From the NCBI GenBank assembly GCA_027459785.1, contig DAIDGU010000087.1:12707-76706 (forward strand): a stretch of 64,000 nt of DNA, written 5' to 3'. Shown in pieces: positions 8,803-16,639 of this stretch; position 1 is the first letter of the stretch, and every line of letters starts with the position of its first letter. This stretch comes from Ktedonobacteria bacterium. Lineage in GTDB: Bacteria; Chloroflexota; Ktedonobacteria; Ktedonobacterales; JACDGC01. A model generated the notes under the pieces. That model was not told the origin of the DNA. It did no database searches and was given only the letters and a program-made list of their open reading frames with translations. The position numbers were made by a program, and so were the translations under genes.

Positions 8803-9684
8803 ATGCTTTTTTTGTGGGGTACGAAAGGCTGGTGGGCGGCGATGGATTTGGGCAAGGGCGCGGTGGTAGTGACGGGCGCGGCGACGGGCATCGGAGCGGC
8901 GTGCGCGCTGCACCTGGACGGCCTGGGTTACGCCGTTTTCGCCGGCGTGCGGCGGGCGGAGGATGGCGCGCGGCTGCGCGCACGCGCCTCGGCACGCCTG
9001 ACGCCGGTGGTGCTGGATGTGACGGATGCGGCGAGCATCGCTTCAGCGACAGATATGATCACGCGTGAGGTAGGCGACGCCGGCGTGCAAGGGCTGGTGA
9101 ATAACGCGGGCATCGCCGTGGCGGGGCCGCTGGAGTTTTTGCCCATCGCCGAACTGCGCCGCCAGCTCGAAGTGAACGTTATCGGCCAGCTCGCCGTCAC
9201 CCAGGCGCTGCTGCCGCTCATCCGGCGCGGCCACGGGCGCATCGTGAACATCGGCTCCATCAGCGGCAAAATCGCGGGGCCGCTGGTCGGCGCGTATGCT
9301 GCCTCGAAATTCGCATTGGAGGCGCTGACGGACAGCTTGCGCCGCGAACTGCGTCCGTGGGGCATCCCCGTTGCCATCATCGAGCCGGGCGTGACGGCCA
9401 CGCCGATCTGGCAGAAGTCGCTCGCTGCCGGCGACGACCTCGCCGCCGACCTCCCGCCGCAAGCCATGAAGCTCTATGGCGCGGCCATCCAGGGCGCGCG
9501 GCGCGGGGCGCAGCACAACGCCAAGGGCGGCGGCACGCCGCCAGCGGTGGTGGCCCGCGCCGTCACCCACGCGCTCACCGCCCGTCGCCCACGCCTGCGC
9601 TACCCGACTGGGCGCGACGCGCGCCTCGGCGCGCTCATCGCCTGGCTCGTGCCAGCCCGCATGCAAGATCGGCTGCTGGGCTAA
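8803..9684 (+). CDS. Short-chain dehydrogenase/reductase (SDR)
   Basis: 'VVVTGAATGIGAACA' (TGxxxGxG), 'NNAGI', 'YAASKFALEAL' (YxxxK); AGGAGAGG before ATG 8803; alternative start ATG 8842. Confidence 0.88.
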   Translation: MLFLWGTKGWWAAMDLGKGAVVVTGAATGIGAACALHLDGLGYAVFAGVRRAEDGARLRARASARLTPVVLDVTDAASIASATDMITREVGDAGVQGLVNNAGIAVAGPLEFLPIAELRRQLEVNVIGQLAVTQALLPLIRRGHGRIVNIGSISGKIAGPLVGAYAASKFALEALTDSLRRELRPWGIPVAIIEPGVTATPIWQKSLAAGDDLAADLPPQAMKLYGAAIQGARRGAQHNAKGGGTPPAVVARAVTHALTARRPRLRYPTGRDARLGALIAWLVPARMQDRLLG

Positions 9685-9724
9685 GGCTGATCGGCAGCCA
9701 GGAGCATTGATACCCACTTCTGTA

Positions 9725-9905
9725 AAGACTGTGGATATTGGGACCGGACAGACAAGAATGTCTGTCCTCCGGGGGAGCGTTGTGACAGACAGGAATGGCG
9801 GTCCTCCGGAGGAGCGTAATGACCGACAGGAATGGCGGTCCTCCGGATCTATACGGATCACCCGACAGGAGCAATGACACACACAGCGGACAGGAATGTC
9901 CGCCC
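9725..9905. repeat. Degenerate tandem array (about 37-nt period, 4-5 units) of the F2 hairpin core
   Basis: Units GACAGACAAGAATGTCTGTCCTCCGG / GACAGACAGGAATGGCGGTCCTCCGG / GACCGACAGGAATGGCGGTCCTCCGG / GGACAGGAATGTCCGCC. Confidence 0.8.
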
Positions 9906-9978
9906 CACGAGAAGATGCCGCGACACGCACAACCTCCCCGGATGAACCAACATCCGGGGAGGTTGTGACGGTCGTTGT

Positions 9979-10518
9979 TTACTGCGTCGGTGGCATGGGC
10001 GGTAGCGGGGGCATGTTCGCCATGACGGTTGCCTTGGCCTTCGCCTGCCGCGCCGTCAGGCGGCGCTGGAGGAAGTAGCCCAGGCCCAGCAGCAACAAGC
10101 TGACGACCGCGGCTCCGCCGCCCGTCGCATACTCGTCTGTCGCCTGCTTCTGCGGATTTGTGTAGTAGCCGTTGGCATACAGCGTCGGATTCTCGTCGCT
10201 CGCGTCATAGAGCTTGAACGCCAGCACGTGCGTCGTGCCTTGGTCCACCCACAGGTTGACTTTACCATCTTTGTAGGCCGAATCCGGCACCGCCGGTGTG
10301 AAATCGTTTTTGTTGAACGTGTATGATGTATTCGGCTGCTCGTTCAAGACGATCTCCGAATGGTCATACGATCCATTCGTCGTGTATACCCGGAAGTGCT
10401 GGAGCGTGCCATCCACCTCGACGGGCTTCGCCGGGTGCGCGGTGGCGACGAAGTAGCCGGCTACGATCAAGCCGATGACGCCCAGGATGTATAAAACCAA
10501 GACGTTGCGCCGTTGCAT
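9979..10518 (-). CDS. Hypothetical membrane protein (N- and C-terminal TM helices, extracytoplasmic middle)
   Basis: Within ORF 9979..10668; ATG 10518 after GGAGAG; 'VLVLYILGVIGLIVAGYFV' and 'AAVVSLLLLGLGYFL' hydrophobic helices; no recognisable family. Confidence 0.6.
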   Translation of the reverse strand: MQRRNVLVLYILGVIGLIVAGYFVATAHPAKPVEVDGTLQHFRVYTTNGSYDHSEIVLNEQPNTSYTFNKNDFTPAVPDSAYKDGKVNLWVDQGTTHVLAFKLYDASDENPTLYANGYYTNPQKQATDEYATGGGAAVVSLLLLGLGYFLQRRLTARQAKAKATVMANMPPLPPMPPTQ

Positions 10519-10849
10519 AAAAAATCTCTCCTTCGTATGGTATCGCGTGCGTGTTGTAGCTCTAGCTCTCTCTATCGGCACTATGAGCGCAACGCGCACC
10601 CCGACTATAGCAACCGAATGTACAGATGTCAATGGGGAAGGGCGGGCGAGAGCAAGAAGGAAGTGCATTTGCTACCACCATAGCGAGTTTTGGTGAAATG
10701 TTTCACACTTGCGCCGCCCCGTTCTTGTGGTATGGGGGCAGTTGGCGTTACACTGATCTCGGCTGCCGGTGTATTGCTTTGCGCATAAACCCGCTTGCTG
10801 AGCGGCGTGAGCAGCGGAGCGCCAGATGCCGCAGCGGAGGATAAGCAAC

Positions 10850-11521
10850 ATGAATGGCTTGAATTTCGGCGATAACACCCCCACGCGGCGGTTGCCGGTG
10901 TATCTGCTGCTGGATACGTCCGGCTCGATGGCCGGCGCACCCATCGTCGCCGTCAATAACGGCGTGGGGCTGCTTTATCGTGAATTGATGAACAACCCTA
11001 ACGCGCTGGAAACGGTGTGGATCTCGGTCATCACCTTTGCGCAGGACGCGAAGCGCACGCCGCTGACCGACCTCAGCACGTTCACGCCGCCGGTGCTGAC
11101 CGCTGGCGGGCCGACGGCGCTGGGCGCGGCCTTGCGCGAACTGGGACGCGCGCTGGATAGCGATGTCATCGCCAATTCGCCAGATCGCAAGGGCGACTAT
11201 AAGCCGCTGGCCTTCCTGCTGACGGATGGCGCGCCGACCGACGAGTGGCGTAGCGCCGCCCAGGAGCTGAAGCAACGCGCCAAAGCGCCGCTTGGTACTT
11301 TTGTGGCGCTGGGCTGCGGCGACGAGGTGAAGGTGGACGTGCTGAAGGAGATCACCGATCAGGTGCTGCTGATGCGCGACGTGCAGGCGGACTCGCTGCA
11401 AGAGTTCTTCCGCTGGGTCTCGGCCTCGGTCAAACAGGCGAGCATCGCCGCGCCGCGCCTGGGCAGTGGTGAATCGCTGACGGCCATGCCACCGCCGCCG
11501 CCCTCCATCGAAGTGCTGTAG
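10850..11521 (+). CDS. TerY-like von Willebrand factor A (vWA) protein
   Basis: Within ORF 10826..11521; ATG 10850 after GCGGAGG; MIDAS 'LLLDTSGSM' (DxSxS), 'GGPTALGAAL', 'AFLLTDGAPTD'. Confidence 0.85.
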   Translation: MNGLNFGDNTPTRRLPVYLLLDTSGSMAGAPIVAVNNGVGLLYRELMNNPNALETVWISVITFAQDAKRTPLTDLSTFTPPVLTAGGPTALGAALRELGRALDSDVIANSPDRKGDYKPLAFLLTDGAPTDEWRSAAQELKQRAKAPLGTFVALGCGDEVKVDVLKEITDQVLLMRDVQADSLQEFFRWVSASVKQASIAAPRLGSGESLTAMPPPPPSIEVL

Positions 11522-11526
11522 CCGTA

Positions 11527-11660
11527 GGGAGCGATTGAAACCGTGACGTGGGCGGAGGATGGCGGGCGGGTGGCGATGGGGACGGCGGGCGGTTGAAACC
11601 GCGCCTAAGAGCCTACGGCTACGAAGTCCACCTGCGTGGACTGGAGTTGGGCGTACCCGA
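11527..11660. repeat. F3 repeat copy between the vWA gene and the vWA-like/PP2C gene
   Basis: GCGATTGAAACCG ... GGGCGGTTGAAACCGCGCCTAAGAGCCTACGGCTACGAAGTCCACCTGCGTGGACT. Confidence 0.75.
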
Positions 11661-11774
11661 TCTGTTCGTCACGGTGCATTCATCGCTCGCCAATAATGTT
11701 TGCCATCTTGGCACGATCTGCGCTACCATACTGGGGAGCGCAGGGGAGCCTATTGCGTGCAGGGGAGATCGCCG

Positions 11775-13286
11775 ATGCCCATGCCTGACCCGCCGCGCGG
11801 GGCGGATCGCCGCTCCGCCCTGATCTTCGCGCTGGATGTCACGGGCGGGGATGATGTCGTTTATCGGGTGGCCGTCTACTTGCAGGATCTCGCGCGCAAG
11901 CTGGCGGATGCCCCCGGTTTGCTGCGCCGGACGCGCATCGATCTGGTGATCTTCGACGCGCAGGATGCCACGGTGGTCGCGCTGGAGCAGTTGTTGGCCG
12001 TCGCGCAGCGCATGGCCGCCGCGCCGAACCCGACGGGTGCCGCCTTCGCGCCGCTCTACCGGCAGATCAAACAGTTGCCCTATGAGAACGGCGGCTTCCA
12101 CACATTCATCCTGCTGACACGCACGCCCGCCGCCGGTTGGCAGTCGGATGTCGCGCCGCTGCACGCGCTGGTCGCTTCCGTCACGGCGCTCTGCTGCGGA
12201 CCAGACCCCGCGCCGGAGGTGGCCCACGCGCTCAGCAAGGAACCCGGTGGCACGCGGATCGTCGATCCGCTGGCGACCCTGCGCAAGCAATTCGATTCGA
12301 TTGGAGCCTGGCTTATGGGCAACTTCGCTGATTCTCCCGCGCCGCCACCGGAGCCACCAGCACAGCCCCCCGCGTCCGTGCCGGACGGCCCACCGCCGGC
12401 GGAAGAACGCCCCGCCGTGGTCGCCCCGCCCACCGGCGCGAAATGGCGCGTCATCGAGCCGACTGACCGCAGCGATGCGGTGGACCACCTCGCGGCGCAG
12501 CAGATGGCTGGCGTCGCGGGCTGGCAGATGATCGGGGCCAGCCGGCGCGGCAAGCTCCATGCGCACGAAGGCTCGTACCGCGAGGACGCCTTCGCGCTGG
12601 GGATGCACCATGGCTGGCACCTGATCGCCGTCGCCGACGGCGCGGGATCGTGCCGGCTTTCGCGCGTGGGGGCGCGCGTCGCTTGCGCCGGAGCCATCGA
12701 CGGTCTGAAGGCCGGCCTGAACCGCTTCTGGAATGGCGCGAAGGACGACCTGGGCGCGACGATGCTGCGCCAGGTGATCCGTGCCGGCATCGAAGAGGCG
12801 CACGCCGCCGTCTATACCGAAGCGGGCAAGCGCGACATCCCTGTGCGCGAACTATCGTCCACGCTGCTGCTGCTGGCCCTCGGCCCCGTGCCGTCGCCGC
12901 AGCCCTGGCTGGCGGTGGGGCAGATCGGCGATGGCATGGTGTTGGCGGTGGGGCCAGACGACGACCTGCGCGTGTTGGGCGCGGCGGAAAAGGGCTTCTA
13001 TGCTGGCGAAACCGTCTTTCTGCCCGGCCTGGCCGTCAGCGAGTGGGAGGCCCACACCTGGGCGCTGCCGGCGGACCCCCTGCCAGAGATGGTGCTGGTG
13101 ATGTCGGACGGCGTGGCCGACGATCTGGTGCCGCTGCGCCAGCAAGCGCCGACGCTGATCGGCGGGCTGCGCGAGGTGATCGTGCGGCCCCAGCCGGACC
13201 AGGATCTGCTGACGATCCTGGGCTACGAAAAACGCGATTCTGCTGATGATCGAACGCTGGCGGTCGTGTATCGCCGCGAGAAGTAG
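11775..13286 (+). CDS. Fusion protein: N-terminal vWA-like domain with degenerate MIDAS plus C-terminal PP2C-type Ser/Thr phosphatase
   Basis: Within ORF 11700..13286; ATG 11775 after AGGGGAG; N-terminus 'LIFALDVTGGDD' (DxTxG, not DxSxS); C-terminus 'LIAVADGAGS', 'GQIGDGMVLAV', 'LVMSDGVADDL', 'DDRTLAVVY'. Confidence 0.8.
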   Translation: MPMPDPPRGADRRSALIFALDVTGGDDVVYRVAVYLQDLARKLADAPGLLRRTRIDLVIFDAQDATVVALEQLLAVAQRMAAAPNPTGAAFAPLYRQIKQLPYENGGFHTFILLTRTPAAGWQSDVAPLHALVASVTALCCGPDPAPEVAHALSKEPGGTRIVDPLATLRKQFDSIGAWLMGNFADSPAPPPEPPAQPPASVPDGPPPAEERPAVVAPPTGAKWRVIEPTDRSDAVDHLAAQQMAGVAGWQMIGASRRGKLHAHEGSYREDAFALGMHHGWHLIAVADGAGSCRLSRVGARVACAGAIDGLKAGLNRFWNGAKDDLGATMLRQVIRAGIEEAHAAVYTEAGKRDIPVRELSSTLLLLALGPVPSPQPWLAVGQIGDGMVLAVGPDDDLRVLGAAEKGFYAGETVFLPGLAVSEWEAHTWALPADPLPEMVLVMSDGVADDLVPLRQQAPTLIGGLREVIVRPQPDQDLLTILGYEKRDSADDRTLAVVYRREK

Positions 13287-13287
13287 G

Positions 13288-14790
13288 ATGAAGATGGGCA
13301 ATCGACCTCCACGTGGCCACGATCCGCGCACGCCGGCAGCGCCAGGCAACACGACAGCCACGGCGCAGATGATGCCGGTAGTGACGAGTGATCGGCGCAC
13401 CATCGCCTGTGCGACCGAACCGTTCAGCTACGGCTCCGAAGGGCGGCTCTACTTCACCGCCGATCATCAGTATGTCGTCAAGCTGTATAATCGCCCGGAA
13501 GCCTGGCGCGAGGCCAGTTTGCACACGATCATCCGCAAGCGCGCCGCGGTGATGGGCCACCATGTGGAGTATTGGTCGCGCTATTTCTGCTGGCCGGAAG
13601 CCCTGGTGATGCGCCCGTCGCTGGGGATGTATATGCCGCGCGCCCGGCCTGGGCTGCGCCCGCTGGCGCAGTTCCTTTCGCCGCGCTTCCGCAAGCGCCT
13701 GGCTGCCGAAGTCGGTCCCGGCGTGCTTGGCTCCTGGATCGGCCATGTGGGCATCATGATCAAGCTGGCGCGCACGGTGAACCGGCTGCATAATAACGGC
13801 CTCTGCCACTCCGATCTCTCGACGAATAACCTGCTGGTGAACCCCGCGACGGGCGACGCGACGCTGATCGACTGCGACGGCCTGGTGGAGACGGGATCGA
13901 ACATCCTGCTGCCGACGGTGCTGGGGACGCCGGATTACATGGCCCCCGAACTGGTCATCGGCATGATGGCGCGCGGCGTGGAGCCGCCGCAGCCGACGGT
14001 AGCGACCGACCGCCATGCGCTGGCCGTCCTCATCTATCAGAGCTTGCTCTTTCATCATCCCTTGCGCGGCAGCAAGTTCCACTCGCCCGACCCCGACGAA
14101 GACGAACGCCTGATGCTGGGCAAAGGCGCGCTGTATATCGAGCATCCCACCGATCACTCCAACCGGCCCAAGACGCCCTTCATGCGCGCCAGCATCCTGG
14201 GCAAGCAGATGCAAGATCTCTTCGCCCGCGCCTTCATCGAGGGCGTGCGCCACCCGGAACAGCGCCCGCTGGCGGCGGAATGGGAGGGCGCGCTGGTGCG
14301 CCTCTATGACCAGACGCTGCCCTGCTCGAATCCGGCTTGCGAGGCGAAATCTTTCGTCTACGTGGAGGGCGGCAGCACGCGCTGCCCCTGGTGCCATACA
14401 GAAGCCAAGGGGCCGCGCCAGATCCCGATCCTCAGCTTTTGCAAGCCCGACGGGCGCATCAACTCCACGACGTATCCGGTCGATTTCCGGCTGGTCGGCT
14501 GGCCCAAGCGCACGCTGCACACCTGGCACGTGGAACTGGGCAAGCTGCCCGGCCCCGGCGTGGAAGCCGCGCCGCTCGCCGCCTTCCAGTGGGAGCCAGA
14601 CCCGCGCGCCCGCGCCCGCGAGGTGTGGTCGCTGGTCAACCTCGCCATCCCCCAGATGGCCGACGCCACCGGTGCCACCCCCGTCCCCGTTCCCGTGGGC
14701 CGCGCCGTGGAACTGCGCCCCGGCACGCGCCTGGTCTTCGGCGGCGGCGACCGCGCCCGCGTGGTGGAAGTGCATATGCAAGGGATCTAG
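13288..14790 (+). CDS. Atypical protein kinase-like protein with C-terminal CxxC..CxxC zinc ribbon and beta-rich tail
   Basis: Within ORF 13246..14790; 'YVVKLY' (Lys), 'LCHSDLSTNNLLV' (HxDxxxxN), 'LIDCDGL', 'GTPDYMAPE'; 'CSNPACEAKSFVYVEGGSTRCPWCH'; start abuts previous stop (13286). Confidence 0.75.
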   Translation: MKMGNRPPRGHDPRTPAAPGNTTATAQMMPVVTSDRRTIACATEPFSYGSEGRLYFTADHQYVVKLYNRPEAWREASLHTIIRKRAAVMGHHVEYWSRYFCWPEALVMRPSLGMYMPRARPGLRPLAQFLSPRFRKRLAAEVGPGVLGSWIGHVGIMIKLARTVNRLHNNGLCHSDLSTNNLLVNPATGDATLIDCDGLVETGSNILLPTVLGTPDYMAPELVIGMMARGVEPPQPTVATDRHALAVLIYQSLLFHHPLRGSKFHSPDPDEDERLMLGKGALYIEHPTDHSNRPKTPFMRASILGKQMQDLFARAFIEGVRHPEQRPLAAEWEGALVRLYDQTLPCSNPACEAKSFVYVEGGSTRCPWCHTEAKGPRQIPILSFCKPDGRINSTTYPVDFRLVGWPKRTLHTWHVELGKLPGPGVEAAPLAAFQWEPDPRARAREVWSLVNLAIPQMADATGATPVPVPVGRAVELRPGTRLVFGGGDRARVVEVHMQGI

Positions 14791-14944
14791 CAGGTTGACG
14801 ACAATGCGCTGGGGACGGCGGATGGTTGGCGCTGCGCTGGCATCTGCCCCTATCGACCGAGAAGCCTCCCAGTACTACCGTTTTGCGCGGCTCGCTATCT
14901 TGCCAGCCAACGGGCCAATAGTACCATGCTACCAGGGGCTAGAT

Positions 14945-14973
14945 TTGACGCCGTTCATGGCATACGCTAGACT
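14945..14973 (+). promoter_or_regulatory. Candidate sigma-70 promoter for the membrane Ser/Thr kinase gene
   Basis: TTGACG, 17 nt spacer, TAGACT; followed by palindrome ATGCGCTGGCAGCGCAT in the leader. Confidence 0.4.
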
Positions 14974-15053
14974 GTGCCAGGAGAGATGTTTGGGGCATCA
15001 CCCAGCGAACATGCGCTGGCAGCGCATCCGTCGCGCGAGGAGGTAACGGCACA

Positions 15054-16607
15054 GTGGCGCAGCCTGGTCTCATCGCCGGAATCTACCTGGCGCAACGCTA
15101 TCGCGTCGAATATTTGATCGCGACGGGCGGCTATGCGAGCGTGTATCGTGTCACCGATATGCAGGTGACGGCGTCGCGCGCCCTGAAAGAAGTGATCGAT
15201 CAGGATGCCGGCATCCGCGAGCAGTTCGCACTGGAAGCTCAGTTGCTGATGCGCTCGCGCCACCCGAACATCCCGCGCGGCTACGATCATTTCGAGGAGA
15301 ACGAGCGCGCCTATCTGGTGATGGATTATGTCGAGGGCCACGACCTGGAACAGATGCTGGCGACCTCGCTGGCGCAGCGCAACCGGCCCATCGATGAGGC
15401 GCAGGCGTTGCGCTGGCTGCTGCCGATCTGCGATGCCCTGCACGAGATGCATACGCAGCCCGTCCCCATCATCCACCGCGACATCAAGCCGGCGAATATC
15501 AAGCTGACGGCGCTGGGCGTGCCGATCCTCATCGACTTCGGCCTGGCGAAGTTGGGCCTGCCCGGTCCGACCAACCAGGCGGCGCAGGGCGTCACCCCTG
15601 GCTATGCCCCGCCCGAACAATATCTGGCACAGGGCAAAACGGACCCCCGCACGGACATCTATGGCATGGGCGCGACGCTCTATACCCTGCTGACGGGCCG
15701 CGAGCCGCCCGAAGCGCCGAACCGGCTGCTGACGAAGTCCGGCCACACCGGCGAACCCCTGGTTCCCGCGCGCATCCTGAACCCGGCCATCAGCGCCGGC
15801 ACGGCGAATATCATCGACCGCGCGATGTCCATCGGCACGACTCAGCGCCACCAGAGCGCGCGTGAATTGCAGGCCGACCTGGCCGCCGCGCTCCATCGCC
15901 TGGAATATGGCCGCGCCCCTAGCACCGGCGGCGCGCAGACGGGGCCGCTGGCCAAAGTCGTCCCCGCCGGCGGCCCGACGGGACCACTCCTGGCGCGCGG
16001 ACCCAGCGATTCGGATGGCGCGACGATGCGCCGCACGGCCATGCGTGTGCCGGTGGCCGCGCCGAACGTCTCCCTGCCGCCCCACGCCCCGCAAGGCTCT
16101 GTCGCGCCGACGCGCGTGCTGCCGCCTGCGCCGGTCGCCACCCCCGTCGCCACCACCCAGGTGCTACGCCAGCCGATCTGGTTCAACCTCGGCGGGCCGC
16201 TGGTGCAGCGTATGGGCAAAATAGGCCTGGTGCTGGCCGCCGTCGAACTCTATTGGGGGCTGCTGTGCGCCGCCGCGCTGGGCGGGGCCGTCGGCACGCG
16301 CGGCTTCACGCATCCCCCCTCGCTGCTGGTGCTGGGCGCGGGTGCGGCCTGGCTCGGCATCGTCATCTGGCTCACTGCGCTGGTGGTGCGCGCCGTGGAT
16401 CGCCCGATCACGCGGCGCGGCAAGCTCCCCGCGCACCGCCGCTGGATGCAGGGCATCAGCCTGGGCGTGCTGTGGCTGGCGATGAATGCCGTCGCCCTCT
16501 TCGCGCTGAGCAATGTCTCGCCGGTGGCGGGCCTCTTCGGCCTGGGCTTCCTCGGCCTCGCCAGCATCCTGACGGGCCTGCTCACCGTGGCGAACGTCTT
16601 GGCCTAA
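15054..16607 (+). CDS. Hanks-type Ser/Thr protein kinase with Pro-rich linker and C-terminal multi-TM region
   Basis: GTG 15054 after GAGGAGG; 'GGYASVYRV', 'ALKEV', 'HRDIKPANIKL', 'DFGLAK', 'GYAPPEQ'; about four hydrophobic helices in the last 170 aa. Confidence 0.9.
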   Translation: MAQPGLIAGIYLAQRYRVEYLIATGGYASVYRVTDMQVTASRALKEVIDQDAGIREQFALEAQLLMRSRHPNIPRGYDHFEENERAYLVMDYVEGHDLEQMLATSLAQRNRPIDEAQALRWLLPICDALHEMHTQPVPIIHRDIKPANIKLTALGVPILIDFGLAKLGLPGPTNQAAQGVTPGYAPPEQYLAQGKTDPRTDIYGMGATLYTLLTGREPPEAPNRLLTKSGHTGEPLVPARILNPAISAGTANIIDRAMSIGTTQRHQSARELQADLAAALHRLEYGRAPSTGGAQTGPLAKVVPAGGPTGPLLARGPSDSDGATMRRTAMRVPVAAPNVSLPPHAPQGSVAPTRVLPPAPVATPVATTQVLRQPIWFNLGGPLVQRMGKIGLVLAAVELYWGLLCAAALGGAVGTRGFTHPPSLLVLGAGAAWLGIVIWLTALVVRAVDRPITRRGKLPAHRRWMQGISLGVLWLAMNAVALFALSNVSPVAGLFGLGFLGLASILTGLLTVANVLA

Positions 16608-16639
16608 CGCGGATTATCGCTCCTCTGCACACCACCCGC

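Noticed and set aside
9725-9905. Possible small CRISPR array (regularly spaced repeats)
   Set aside because: The whole about 37-nt unit repeats with drift and there are no unique spacers. The repeat is the same hairpin found dispersed elsewhere (8690, 28926, 61464), and no cas genes are present.
13036-14781. 581-aa ORF on the minus strand
   Set aside because: It lies antisense to the kinase gene, which has clear catalytic motifs. The translation is low-complexity and Arg/Ala/Gly-rich.
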